From assembly GCA_008080745.1 (NCBI GenBank), contig SHMX01000005.1:31515-95514 (forward strand): 64,000 nucleotides of DNA. Direction: 5' to 3'. The position numbers were made by a program, and so were the translations under genes. The first letter of the stretch is position 1. Every line of letters begins with the position of its first letter. Source of the DNA: Candidatus Thorarchaeota archaeon. Its GTDB lineage: Archaea > Asgardarchaeota > Thorarchaeia > Thorarchaeales > Thorarchaeaceae. The notes below the pieces were generated by a model, which saw only the letters and a list, made by a program, of their open reading frames with translations, was not told where the DNA came from and did not search any database. This document shows positions 1 to 9,438 of this stretch, in pieces.

Positions 1-460
1 CATCTTTTCTACCTAGATAGTATCCGGCCAGATATTGGATTGGTATATGTTTCTCAATAGCTTCTTCTTTGGTCATGGGACAACATTCGACTCCCGGACT
101 CTCATAGCTCACTTCTACTATCTCGTGACCATCACAAAAATCCAGACGGGAAAGGTGTTTCGTCCTTCCGTCAATTCTGTCCTTCCCACTTATACTATGA
201 ACAGCACTTGCATCATAATGGAATGGATCTCCTCTCTGCTTGTGAATGCTACTCACTAGATATACCGTTTTGTCCTCCATTGACTCCACTTTGTTACTTC
301 CATCATCAACGAATTTTTTGTCTGTACTCTCGCCAACTACATAACGAATATGATAGTGTTTTGCATCTACCAGCTTTTTACTATCTCCTTCTTTCACAGT
401 TATCATGGTATTATCCCACAATTCTATTGGTTCGAAAGGATTGTTTTCTAATTCACTCAT
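1..460 (-). CDS. Hypothetical protein, partial: start codon at 460-458, 3' end runs off the window start
   Basis: I translated the minus strand of 1..460 by hand. ATG at 460 is followed by about 153 stop-free codons (MSELENNPFEPIELWDNTMITVKEGDSKK...). It is absent from the ORF track, presumably because no stop falls inside the window. It overlaps the short plus-strand ORFs 35..259 and 208..492, which therefore look spurious. Confidence 0.4.
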   Translation of the reverse strand, partial: MSELENNPFEPIELWDNTMITVKEGDSKKLVDAKHYHIRYVVGESTDKKFVDDGSNKVESMEDKTVYLVSSIHKQRGDPFHYDASAVHSISGKDRIDGRTKHLSRLDFCDGHEIVEVSYESPGVECCPMTKEEAIEKHIPIQYLAGYYLGRKD

Positions 461-626
461 CACTGACACCTGATTGTTTTAACTATTGTTAATTATGTTT
501 AGTATGCTTATGAAACTTTCGACTAATGATTTTCAAGAAACAGATTGAACGAAATATGGTCTGTCTATCTTGGAATGTAATAATATCTGATATAAGTCAC
601 CAATCACAGATACGGTACAAATAACA

Positions 627-1349
627 ATGGTATTTCAGGTGGTATATGAAATGGCTTTCGGTTTGCTTCATTATCTATTCCTAGTTTCGGGTGTACTAAT
701 AATAGGATGTATTCTGTTTCTCTCTAGACGCTATAGTAATCAGAAAAACACCTTGACCTTGGTATTCACGCTATTTTTGATTTCCTATGCAATAATTGCG
801 TTTGCGTATGGATTTAGAGGATTATTCGATCCTCAAACTACACCAGAGATTATCCTCTGGATTTTGACAAATTTGATGTATCCCATTATGGTTGTTCCTT
901 TGGCTGTCTTTCTCGCCTATCCTTATCTTCAAGAAAAGATTGGAACCCCTACTGGACTCATAACCCGTATAATTATGATTTTTGCCTTTCTAGTAGTTGT
1001 TTTCAATTGGGGAGTGATTTTCACCTCTGATATCGAGTATACCTACATCGATGTCTTTGGTCTTACTCATTATTCTCTGGTTTCAGATTTTGTTCCCTAT
1101 GCATATTACTTGACCCTCTTTCTAGATATAGTTGTAGCGACTTTTTCAGCAATCTTTTTGGCTATATCATTCAGGAGGGAAACAGATTCCGTATACAAAC
1201 AGAAGGCATTATTCCTCCTTGTCGGTTGGTTGTTAATATCTTATGGACAATTGCTTCTACTGAGTGCAACTCTTGCAATTATTCATCCTCTGACTTCAAT
1301 GAGTGGTGTTATTCTCCTTGTACTTGGAGTTGTACGTAGCGGTTCCTAA
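627..1349 (+). CDS. Integral membrane protein with about 7 predicted TM helices, unknown function
   Basis: 240 aa dominated by long hydrophobic stretches (LLHYLFLVSGVLIIGCILFL, IMIFAFLVVVFNWGVIF). No recognisable catalytic motif. Confidence 0.5.
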   Translation: MVFQVVYEMAFGLLHYLFLVSGVLIIGCILFLSRRYSNQKNTLTLVFTLFLISYAIIAFAYGFRGLFDPQTTPEIILWILTNLMYPIMVVPLAVFLAYPYLQEKIGTPTGLITRIIMIFAFLVVVFNWGVIFTSDIEYTYIDVFGLTHYSLVSDFVPYAYYLTLFLDIVVATFSAIFLAISFRRETDSVYKQKALFLLVGWLLISYGQLLLLSATLAIIHPLTSMSGVILLVLGVVRSGS

Positions 1350-1371
1350 AACGTAATAATATGATTGTACC

Positions 1372-1893
1372 ATGGATGTCAAAGTGAGAACCAATATGAC
1401 CTCCAAGATTGTAAAGATGGCATTGGTGGGTGCTGGTGGTGCTGGTAAAACTACCATTGCCTCTCGTCTAATCACAGGTGAATTCATTGAAACCCTAATG
1501 ACAATTGGGATTAACATTGAAACTTGGACATTAACAGATGAGGAGAGCGATTCTGATGTAAAAGTCGCGCTTTTTGATCTTGGAGGACAACAACAATTTC
1601 GCTTCTTTCAGAAGAGCCTGCTTGCGGGTACCCATGCAGTCATTCTGGTTGTTGATATGACTCGATTAAAGACACTCTTTGAGCTGGATGATTGGATTAG
1701 ACTGATTCGACATGTTCCTACGGACATGTGGTTACTCGTTGGAAACAAATGTGATGACAATCCTATGATGACCGAGGAGGACATCAGAGAAAAAGCTGTG
1801 GAACTTGGAGTTCCATATGTCATCCTCAGTGCAAAGACTGGTGAAGGTTTTCAAAAACTGACAGATATCATTATAGACATGATGCGAAAGTAA
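1372..1893 (+). CDS. Ras-superfamily small GTPase (Rab/Ras/Arf-like)
   Basis: G1 P-loop GAGGAGKTT, G3/switch II DLGGQ, G4 NKCD and G5 SAK are present in canonical order and spacing. The real start may be one of the internal ATGs (1396 or 1417). Confidence 0.85.
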   Translation: MDVKVRTNMTSKIVKMALVGAGGAGKTTIASRLITGEFIETLMTIGINIETWTLTDEESDSDVKVALFDLGGQQQFRFFQKSLLAGTHAVILVVDMTRLKTLFELDDWIRLIRHVPTDMWLLVGNKCDDNPMMTEEDIREKAVELGVPYVILSAKTGEGFQKLTDIIIDMMRK

Positions 1894-1979
1894 CTCTGTT
1901 TATTCTCCTCAATCAACCTTTTTATTGGCATAATGAATTATGATACTTAACCAATATTCAGCTCTCCAGAGGTATTTGT

Positions 1980-2822
1980 GTGTCTAAGTCCGAAAAAGAA
2001 GTGTATGTGTTTTGTGAACAGTGTAAAAAGAATGTTTTACTGAGAGTACCTCTTGATTCTGATGCGGCAACTCGTGGCGGTCTCATGTCGGTGGTATCAG
2101 TTCATGGAGATCCACCCCATGCTCTAATGGCATATCTTGACGCACAATTTAGGGTACGTGGTGTTGAATATCCGGCAGCAGCCCAGACTGGCGATACTGG
2201 TAAAATTGAATCTGTTCCAGAAAGCAAGGTAGAACAATTGGAAGAGAAAGTAGAGCTCGGCATTCCTGCCCTTCTTGGTATGCTTCACTCAAAACAAAAG
2301 GATGCTATCAAAGCACTGTCCATTATTATGGTCAACCTATTGACTAAGAAACGCATTTTTCTAATTCATGATGAGGAACAAATCGGCTCTTCGGTCATTT
2401 CAGCTCTTCATGATATTGTATCCTCTCAGGAAGAATTGATTACCCTGATCAGTCATGAGATTCTATCTCAGAGCGATTTGAATCCTTTCTGTGTTTATGA
2501 TTTACAACAGACCAAATTTATTCACAAAGGGCCTAAGATTGATTCTAAGTATTTTGAGCGTACCCTGGACGATATAACAAAACATGAGAATCCATATTTT
2601 CGATTAAAGAATGAGATGAGCAAAATTGTTTACGCTTTTGAAAAATTACAAGAGATTCTTTCTTCTTTGTCCTCTCCTATTCTCGATACAAAATTAGCAA
2701 TGGATGCATCTATTGATTATGAGCTAATGCCCTTCCTTCTTGAATTGGCCGAGTCGGAGGGCATTGTTGTCCGGTCACTGGTTCAGAAAGATGGCTTGGG
2801 TAGAGCATTACGCAGCATCTAA
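1980..2822 (+). CDS. GTPase-linked partner protein with N-terminal CxxC/His-rich segment; paralog of 8514..9428
   Basis: 280 aa, probably a GTG start at 1980. N-terminus EVYVFCEQCKKNVLLRVPLD...SVVSVHGDPPH parallels QVSTFQCAVCNERVSFNPRD...YRVSHMVGSERH in the 8514..9428 protein. Both genes sit immediately downstream of a small GTPase on the same strand. Confidence 0.55.
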   Translation: MSKSEKEVYVFCEQCKKNVLLRVPLDSDAATRGGLMSVVSVHGDPPHALMAYLDAQFRVRGVEYPAAAQTGDTGKIESVPESKVEQLEEKVELGIPALLGMLHSKQKDAIKALSIIMVNLLTKKRIFLIHDEEQIGSSVISALHDIVSSQEELITLISHEILSQSDLNPFCVYDLQQTKFIHKGPKIDSKYFERTLDDITKHENPYFRLKNEMSKIVYAFEKLQEILSSLSSPILDTKLAMDASIDYELMPFLLELAESEGIVVRSLVQKDGLGRALRSI

Positions 2823-2843
2823 GCAATCTTAGAAATATTAACT

Positions 2844-3461
2844 ATGGTTAACCTTAATAAGGTGGAAACCCAACCTATATTGATGGAAATGTTAGAGTAT
2901 GTTATTATTGTACTTGCAGTCGCTCTTTTTGGATTACAACACAGTGGTTTATCAGCACTCTCTGTGAAGACACGCATTATTGATCGTTGGGGAAAGACTG
3001 GTTATTCAAGACTCTACACCATTTCTGCGGGTATCACACTTCTCCTAGCATTTCTTTCGATGCAATTTTGGGACTGGTTCTATTTTCTATACAGTCCTGT
3101 TAATATTTTCACCTTTATCATCGGTTTAGTCTTAATTGTAATTGGAATGATAATTGCGTATATTGCCACAGGGGTGATATCAGTGAGCACCGTTGCTGAT
3201 ATGAGAACAGATCGAAAGGCAGAACTAGTTACTGATGGTATTTACTCGCGAATTCGTCATCCCTTATATCTAGCTACAATTCTCTTATTCTTGGGTCTCG
3301 CACTGTTGTACTTTCCTTACTTGGAGGTGTTAGTATTCTCATTTGCTATGATTGGATACACGTTGATTGGGGCATATCTTGAAGAGAGAAAATTGGTGAT
3401 TCATTATGGACAGGATTATGAACAATACCGAAAACAAGCTGGTTTCATCTTGCCAAAATGA
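2844..3461 (+). CDS. Isoprenylcysteine carboxyl methyltransferase (ICMT)/NnrU-family membrane methyltransferase
   Basis: Multi-TM protein whose C-terminal region carries the ICMT-family signature: GIYSRIRHPLYLATILLFLG, then EERKLVIHYGQDYEQYRKQAGFILP (RHPxY ... EE..L...G..Y..Y). It lies 22 nt downstream of the partner gene on the same strand. Confidence 0.7.
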   Translation: MVNLNKVETQPILMEMLEYVIIVLAVALFGLQHSGLSALSVKTRIIDRWGKTGYSRLYTISAGITLLLAFLSMQFWDWFYFLYSPVNIFTFIIGLVLIVIGMIIAYIATGVISVSTVADMRTDRKAELVTDGIYSRIRHPLYLATILLFLGLALLYFPYLEVLVFSFAMIGYTLIGAYLEERKLVIHYGQDYEQYRKQAGFILPK

Positions 3462-3467
3462 GATGGT

Positions 3468-3926
3468 CTATCCGAAGTGGTTTCCCTTTGAATCAAGCAT
3501 CTTCTGAATCTTTGATAGATGCCGTCCTCTTTTTACAGCTTTGGGGCTTATTTCATGCACTTTGCCATGCTCAACTACGTAATGTTCAACCTCCAATTCC
3601 GGGATGAAATGACGTTTTACATCCTCTGTGATAAAATGTAATTGGACACAATGAGGGCTGCCATCCACCGAAAGGACCACTATTCGTTTGAGTTGAGAAT
3701 AACGCACAAAAGAGGCAATCTTGAAACCTGCTTGATTAACGTGAGATTCTTCCAAGCAGATATGAAGAACTGCATACCCTTCATCTCTCTGGGCGAATTC
3801 TTCAACTATCTCAGGATATCTCTCCATCATACAGGTTCCTATTAGAAGTAGTTGCCCCTTCTCTCGTATGTATTGAGCGCCTACGTTAGTACTCATTAAT
3901 GGTTGCGATTCATCCATGAAGACCAC
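3468..3926 (-). CDS. Hypothetical protein
   Basis: 152-aa ORF immediately downstream of 3927..4886 on the same strand, with contiguous coordinates. No recognisable motif. Confidence 0.4.
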   Translation of the reverse strand: MVFMDESQPLMSTNVGAQYIREKGQLLLIGTCMMERYPEIVEEFAQRDEGYAVLHICLEESHVNQAGFKIASFVRYSQLKRIVVLSVDGSPHCVQLHFITEDVKRHFIPELEVEHYVVEHGKVHEISPKAVKRGRHLSKIQKMLDSKGNHFG

Positions 3927-4886
3927 CTACCATTTTCTTCTGATTGGTGGTTCTTTTTCTTCTTCTCTTGGTATCCATTGGTCTACCAAGGGTGCAGCAA
4001 CTCTACCTATGATATCTCCTTCAAATACATAGTTCATACGTGCTAAGGATACAATAGCTCCATCATAGGGGCTTTTTACCTTGCCTCTGCCTTGTATCTC
4101 CCCAATGACATCGTTATTTCGAATGACCTCTCCTAGATTCACCTTGGGGACAAAAAATCCTTCATTATCTGCATTGATGTGTTGAAGTCTACCGGTGAAG
4201 ATGCTTGAGGTTTCTATCTTCTCTCCTGGTATCATATCTTTAATTCTCATCAGATTGACAATGGCCTCTCTTACCTCCACTGCAGCCTGACTGTCAATCT
4301 CGTTCTTTGAACCTCTCATTTCGATGGAAACTGTAGGTATACCCTCATGAGCTGCCTCTGTTGTAAGAGATCCCCTAACGCCTGAACTCTCAATTACCAA
4401 CGGAAGGGATATTTGTGAGGCTAAGTTTCTAACATGGATATATTCTCGGTGCATTGCTATGACATGGCTAACGCATGCCTGTAATCCCGTCTTTAGATGA
4501 ATTACAAAGTCGGCCTGGACTGCTCTTCTCCAAATTTCCCATGAAATCCGTTCTGTCACTGTTCCATGTTCATTTCCTGGGAATACTGAATCCATGTCTT
4601 TCGAATCCAGTGGTGATACCTTTGTGCCTAGTCGAAAGGCTAATGGATTACCAACGGGTAGGACCGTTACAGAGCCATCGATTCGGTCGAGTTTCTCAAG
4701 ATGCTGCATTATCAGAAAACTGGCATACATTCCAGTTGCTGAGAGACCGTCCATTGCAGCAAGGATGAGTACATTTGGTCTTTCTCTGCCAAATGTGTAA
4801 AATCCTAAGGTCGTACCTGTCTTGGGGTCGATATCGATTGCATCAACGGAGGCTTTTACCATATTCATCCCTTCTGCTGACTTCAT
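3927..4886 (-). CDS. AstE/AspA (succinylglutamate desuccinylase/aspartoacylase)-like deacylase family protein, possibly non-canonical
   Basis: 319 aa. LILAAMDGLSATG, LPVGNPLAF and DFVIHLKTG resemble the AstE/AspA-family core motifs (GGxHGNE, NP.A, DLHT), but the expected His/Glu zinc ligands in the first motif appear substituted. Confidence 0.45.
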   Translation of the reverse strand: MKSAEGMNMVKASVDAIDIDPKTGTTLGFYTFGRERPNVLILAAMDGLSATGMYASFLIMQHLEKLDRIDGSVTVLPVGNPLAFRLGTKVSPLDSKDMDSVFPGNEHGTVTERISWEIWRRAVQADFVIHLKTGLQACVSHVIAMHREYIHVRNLASQISLPLVIESSGVRGSLTTEAAHEGIPTVSIEMRGSKNEIDSQAAVEVREAIVNLMRIKDMIPGEKIETSSIFTGRLQHINADNEGFFVPKVNLGEVIRNNDVIGEIQGRGKVKSPYDGAIVSLARMNYVFEGDIIGRVAAPLVDQWIPREEEKEPPIRRKW

Positions 4887-4958
4887 TTCAATCTTGTACT
4901 TTTATCTAATAAGAAGCAGTGTATCACTTGGTTGGAAACTAGTGAATCTCTCGATTCT

Positions 4959-5684
4959 CTAGAAATTAAAGAGAAAGACATCTGTACATCGCTCATCAGA
5001 GGAAAACGTGTCATGTCTACTAATTGCATAAGGGCTCCCTACCGATTTATGCTCAAACTCAAATAGGTCAGTATGTCCACAGCGTTCCGGGTTACCAATC
5101 CATATGAGGGGTATTCCGGATTCAACTAAATTGGCGCTTGCCATTGATAGGTATGGTTCCCAACTAACGATTGTCAGTGAGGGTTCGAATGTTTGAATAG
5201 TTTCTATAGCTGTCATTTTTTGTACCCATTTAGGATATCCAATATTATATCGCCCCGTCTTAGCATCTGTAGCTATAATTTTTTGATCAATCTCCCGTTT
5301 CAGGAATTCTGACAATCTGCCATCTCCACTCATGACTTCAGCTATAATGATATTTTGTTTCTGGGGAGTAATGCTCTCTCGTACGATATCTACCAGTTCG
5401 TGTATAAACTCTTGACTATATATTTGAAATATCCACCTTCCTCCAGCATTGGATCCATTACAGTATTCTTTTACGGAAAACTCGTTCTCAATGACTCCGA
5501 AGAGCTCGATAACTTTTGAGAACGGAAGTAGTTCCTCATGGACATCTATGAAGACATCTTCTCGCTCATACATCCATTTGGTAGACATACGCGGCGTTCT
5601 ATCTACTCTCCTTTTTTCACTATCCATTCCGTCATAATCCACAAAGGTGATTACAAACATTATTCGATTTCGAAACTTTCCCAT
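4959..5684 (-). CDS. Hypothetical protein (possible Rossmann-like fold)
   Basis: 241-aa ORF. The IIIAEVMSGDGRLSEFL segment weakly resembles methyltransferase motif I. No firm assignment. Confidence 0.4.
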   Translation of the reverse strand: MGKFRNRIMFVITFVDYDGMDSEKRRVDRTPRMSTKWMYEREDVFIDVHEELLPFSKVIELFGVIENEFSVKEYCNGSNAGGRWIFQIYSQEFIHELVDIVRESITPQKQNIIIAEVMSGDGRLSEFLKREIDQKIIATDAKTGRYNIGYPKWVQKMTAIETIQTFEPSLTIVSWEPYLSMASANLVESGIPLIWIGNPERCGHTDLFEFEHKSVGSPYAISRHDTFSSDERCTDVFLFNF

Positions 5685-5755
5685 GCTTGGTCATACTAAG
5701 TAGGCATGATACAAAAGCAAAAAGACCTATATACTTACTTTACTAATCTATCATA

Positions 5756-6268
5756 GTGGTCCTAATGGCAATCACACGAAGAATACTACTGGTATCAGTA
5801 CTTGTCATGTGTCTGACCTTCGCTTTACCCACGACGGTTCAGGGATGTGATGCTCAGTGCAAATATGATGATTTCAGTGTGGTCGTTGATTATGCCAATT
5901 ATCTGGATCTTGACGGGGATTCTGCGGAAGACGACGTGTTGACCATTGCGCGGGTTTATCGAGATACTCAATATTCATCTGTACTGAAAACAAAGATATT
6001 CTCCTTTGTACAGGTTCCATCAGGAAGGATGTTTCACAGCATCGTGAATGTGAACGGTGATTATTCAAATCTTGTGATCACAATCGAGTGGTTTAACACA
6101 GCAAAAGAAGCTGGTTGGTACGACCTTGATATCTTTGTGATAGTTATCACAACAGATGGGGCTCAGTTCCTTTATACCAGTTTATCCTTTGATCCGCCTG
6201 AAGGCGGCGATCCTGGCCCTCCGTTATATCCGGATGTGGAAATCAACGAAACTGTAAGTCTGTCATAA
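5756..6268 (+). CDS. Small secreted protein with N-terminal signal peptide
   Basis: N-terminus RRILLVSVLVMCLTFALPTTVQG has a charged n-region, a hydrophobic core and an AxG/Q cleavage-like site. The protein is acidic and Asp-rich. 170 aa. Confidence 0.5.
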   Translation: MVLMAITRRILLVSVLVMCLTFALPTTVQGCDAQCKYDDFSVVVDYANYLDLDGDSAEDDVLTIARVYRDTQYSSVLKTKIFSFVQVPSGRMFHSIVNVNGDYSNLVITIEWFNTAKEAGWYDLDIFVIVITTDGAQFLYTSLSFDPPEGGDPGPPLYPDVEINETVSLS

Positions 6269-6294
6269 GATGTGCCTGTGGAAACCCACTCTGG

Positions 6295-7455
6295 GTGAGA
6301 GAGAGTGTGTGTGTAGCGATGACCGGAAAACGACTCAAGGATTATCTGTCCCTTTTAATCGCATTACAGAATAATCCATTTGGGACTACAGATGAACTTT
6401 CCGATGAATCCGATATATCCAAACCCACAGTAATAAAGCGTCTTCGTGTGCTACAGGGTGCAGAACCTATTGTTCCAGAAACCAGTCCGAAAAAATACTT
6501 TACAGTCGAGCCAATTCTGGATTATAGTACATTGGGCCTTGAACCAGTTGATATTCTTGCAGAAACTAAGACTCTTGATGGTGTAAAGGCTTTAGAGCAA
6601 ATTGCACTTGCACATCCCTATACTGTTTACCGCAGTAGGTGTTTTGGTTCTCCCAATGGGATACTACTGCAATTTCGAACCCCGCTTGATACTAGAAAGA
6701 AAATCGAAGAATTGTTCGAATCGTTATGGGATCGAGATATTTTACTTAACTATCAGATACTCCCAACCAATAATTCAATTGTTCGTTATACATCTATGCA
6801 GCTAAAGGGGTGGGATGCCAACGATGCAAGATGGGAATTTGATTGGAAGACATGGTTCAATTCACCGACCAAGAAAACCCTTGAACCGCTTCCCGAATCT
6901 GAGCCAGGGAAATCTTTGGAATGGATGACGAAAAATGATCTTCATATCATTCGAGAGCTGATGATAGACACGAGAAGAAAAAATACTGAAATTATAGATG
7001 AATTAGAATCGAGAGGTATTAGCTTTACGCCTCAGACTTTTGGTCGTCATCTTCAGATAATCAAAGATGAGTGTATTCGAGGCTATCGTGTGGTGATTGC
7101 ACCCGAGCCTTTCGATGTGCTCAATAACATACTAGTTATAGGAAAATCCGAACAATCTCATCTTGAAAAACTGGTTGCTAAGACTCAATTTCGGGACTTT
7201 CCTTTTGAGTCTACGATACGAATTGCTGATGAGAACCTATTCTGGTTTGTCCGGTTAAATCAACATCATATCTCACCATTTTTGAATGGCCTATTCGATA
7301 CTCTCAAAGAAACAAAGATTTGCTTTTTGGACTATGAACACTCATACCTCTACAATATCTGGCCTGATGCTTTTGATGAAGATAAAAAAGAGTGGCGTGC
7401 TGATGACGCCTTTTTACTTGACAGAGTTCTCTCAAGTTTGAAGAATCTTCACTAA
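6295..7455 (+). CDS. Putative winged-helix DNA-binding protein with a large C-terminal domain of unknown function
   Basis: N-terminal segment LKDYLSLLIALQNNPFGTTDELSDESDISKPTVIKRLRVL resembles a wHTH (ArsR/TrmB-like). The remaining ~300 aa were not recognised. Confidence 0.45.
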   Translation: MRESVCVAMTGKRLKDYLSLLIALQNNPFGTTDELSDESDISKPTVIKRLRVLQGAEPIVPETSPKKYFTVEPILDYSTLGLEPVDILAETKTLDGVKALEQIALAHPYTVYRSRCFGSPNGILLQFRTPLDTRKKIEELFESLWDRDILLNYQILPTNNSIVRYTSMQLKGWDANDARWEFDWKTWFNSPTKKTLEPLPESEPGKSLEWMTKNDLHIIRELMIDTRRKNTEIIDELESRGISFTPQTFGRHLQIIKDECIRGYRVVIAPEPFDVLNNILVIGKSEQSHLEKLVAKTQFRDFPFESTIRIADENLFWFVRLNQHHISPFLNGLFDTLKETKICFLDYEHSYLYNIWPDAFDEDKKEWRADDAFLLDRVLSSLKNLH

Positions 7456-8504
7456 CTTGGACCTTTGGTCACTTTGAAGACAGATATGGGAGTAGCAGTT
7501 TCAAAAGCAATAGCTCCTGATTCCATCGCCCACTCTTCCATGTCGTCCTTGGAAAAGAATCCATGGACACCCTCTACGACTTTGAAATGTGCCTCATTGT
7601 ACATGTTTGTATCTGGGTAAAAGTTCTGTGTACCAAATAGGAAACCGCCGGGTTTCAGTACTCGCATCATCTCCGTAATCGCAAGTTTCGGCTCAGTCCA
7701 ATGCAATACTTGCGAGGCAAATACGATATCAAAGGATTCATCCTCATAGGGAATCCGTTCAGCATATCCTGGACGAAATTCTACCGGGAACTCATTCACG
7801 GTATCCTTGATACTTAGATCATGTCCATTATACTCTGAAACCATTTGAGGGAATTCTTCGCTTGCTATACGGAGAAGTTTCTCATTTGGGTCAATACCTA
7901 CTATCTGCATGGGGGACCCAGGGAAGAAAAAGTCGTTCTCATAGTAGTATGACCAAATTGCGGCTGTCCCCCGACCGTTTCCGGAACCAACATCTAAGAA
8001 TCTCACTGGTTCCTTTAGGGCGTCGGAAAAGGCAAAAGCGGCACGTCTGATTTGTTCATAGAGTTTGTTCGATAAAGCGTCATCCCAGTTGAATAAATTC
8101 AACCCTCCAGTAAACTGTAAGCATCGTCCTCTTAATCTATCTGGAATTGCTCTTGCATGGTCAACCCACAATTCTCTCATAGCGTCATCAAAACAACTGG
8201 GACATGTCCAATCAAATTCAATGGGCCCCTCCATGAAAAGTTGACCATCATTTTCTTGAATAACCTCGTCTTCAATCAATATACCAATTAGGTATTCTAA
8301 GAAATCTATCTCAGTATATCTGAACTCTGCAGCAATCTGCATGAGGGTTCGTGGAGACTGTAAATAATCGAACCAACCCTCATTTCTTAGCACTCCAAGA
8401 ATATTGCCTCTGAAGAAGCTGTCAATATCCTTTCGGAGCTTTGATACATTTAATCCAAGTTTCATCAATTCTTTCCATGCTCTCATCTTTCTTATCATTG
8501 TCAA
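7452..8504 (-). CDS. Class I SAM-dependent methyltransferase (O-methyltransferase-like, with N-terminal dimerisation/wHTH-like domain)
   Basis: Motif I FLDVGSGNGRGT, an acidic post-I residue (IVGIDPNE) and the motif VLKPGGFLFG. It lies 10 nt downstream of the GTPase-partner gene 8514..9428 on the same strand. Confidence 0.75.
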   Translation of the reverse strand: MTMIRKMRAWKELMKLGLNVSKLRKDIDSFFRGNILGVLRNEGWFDYLQSPRTLMQIAAEFRYTEIDFLEYLIGILIEDEVIQENDGQLFMEGPIEFDWTCPSCFDDAMRELWVDHARAIPDRLRGRCLQFTGGLNLFNWDDALSNKLYEQIRRAAFAFSDALKEPVRFLDVGSGNGRGTAAIWSYYYENDFFFPGSPMQIVGIDPNEKLLRIASEEFPQMVSEYNGHDLSIKDTVNEFPVEFRPGYAERIPYEDESFDIVFASQVLHWTEPKLAITEMMRVLKPGGFLFGTQNFYPDTNMYNEAHFKVVEGVHGFFSKDDMEEWAMESGAIAFETATPISVFKVTKGPS

Positions 8505-8513
8505 TCACTCCTG

Positions 8514-9428
8514 TTATCCAAGAAGTCCTCTCCTCTCAACGTGTTCCAGCATATCGAACACTTTCTGTATTCTCCCAATCTGCCCTTGTTCTAAGAGGTC
8601 GATTACACTCGCTTTTCCACTGAGAAGTGGGACCAGAATCTCTTCTGCAAAATCGAATTTTCGTTCTACACGATCAACTATGGAAGGTATCCGGGGAATG
8701 TACTGGAAGTCGATTTTTGAAAAAAGGCGGTCATCCCCAACTAGCTTCAAAAGAACTGACGAATCAATCTTAGGGTTGACCGCAATAGCGTGCAGACCAA
8801 GGACAAGGAGTCTTTTGTCGGGGATGGCATCTCGATGTGGTTCTCTTATTGTTTCCTTAAGCAAAGTACTCAGAGAACCAAAAGCTGCGGGGCCTTTGAG
8901 TGCACCACAGGCTATTCTTGAGCCCTTTGTCCACACACGTAGATCCTGGTCAGCGATGGTGAAATTCAATTCATCAGGGAGACTCTCATAGACCCTCTCT
9001 GCCTCCTCAACTCGCTGTGCCAGAAGTCTTGCAAGCTCAAGTATTCTTACCTCGGAACTTGTTACACCTTCTAATACCCATGAGTCGTCTCTATCCATGA
9101 TAAAGACACAATCGAAAAATGGATGTGATTCCAACGTAGCAGGCTTTTGAGATACTAACCAGAGTTGTTGCTCTGCTTTTTCTCCTTTAACCTGTTCAAC
9201 AAAAGCGTCTTTATGTCCGCGAAAGAGATCCATATGATCTACGATTATTGTGTTCACGTGACGCTCTGAACCAACCATATGCGAAACTCTGTAGGTGGTC
9301 AGTTGCATACCAAAGAATTTCTCATGTGGCGTTTTGGATTCGAAGGTGGTGGGATCTCTAGGATTGAAACTCACCCTTTCATTACACACAGCACATTGGA
9401 ATGTGGATACCTGTTTTGTTTGACTCAT
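8514..9428 (-). CDS. GTPase-linked partner protein with N-terminal CxxC/His-rich segment; paralog of 1980..2822
   Basis: 304 aa. The N-terminus FQCAVCNERVSF...RVSHMVGSERHVNTIIVDHMD parallels 1980..2822. It lies 11 nt downstream of the small GTPase 9439..10092 on the same strand. Confidence 0.55.
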   Translation of the reverse strand: MSQTKQVSTFQCAVCNERVSFNPRDPTTFESKTPHEKFFGMQLTTYRVSHMVGSERHVNTIIVDHMDLFRGHKDAFVEQVKGEKAEQQLWLVSQKPATLESHPFFDCVFIMDRDDSWVLEGVTSSEVRILELARLLAQRVEEAERVYESLPDELNFTIADQDLRVWTKGSRIACGALKGPAAFGSLSTLLKETIREPHRDAIPDKRLLVLGLHAIAVNPKIDSSVLLKLVGDDRLFSKIDFQYIPRIPSIVDRVERKFDFAEEILVPLLSGKASVIDLLEQGQIGRIQKVFDMLEHVERRGLLG

Positions 9429-9438
9429 TCCTTATCCC

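Noticed and set aside
35-492. Plus-strand ORFs 35..259 and 208..492
   Set aside because: Low-complexity, Cys/His-rich 'proteins' with no motifs, overlapped entirely by a longer stop-free minus-strand ORF. Most likely shadow ORFs.
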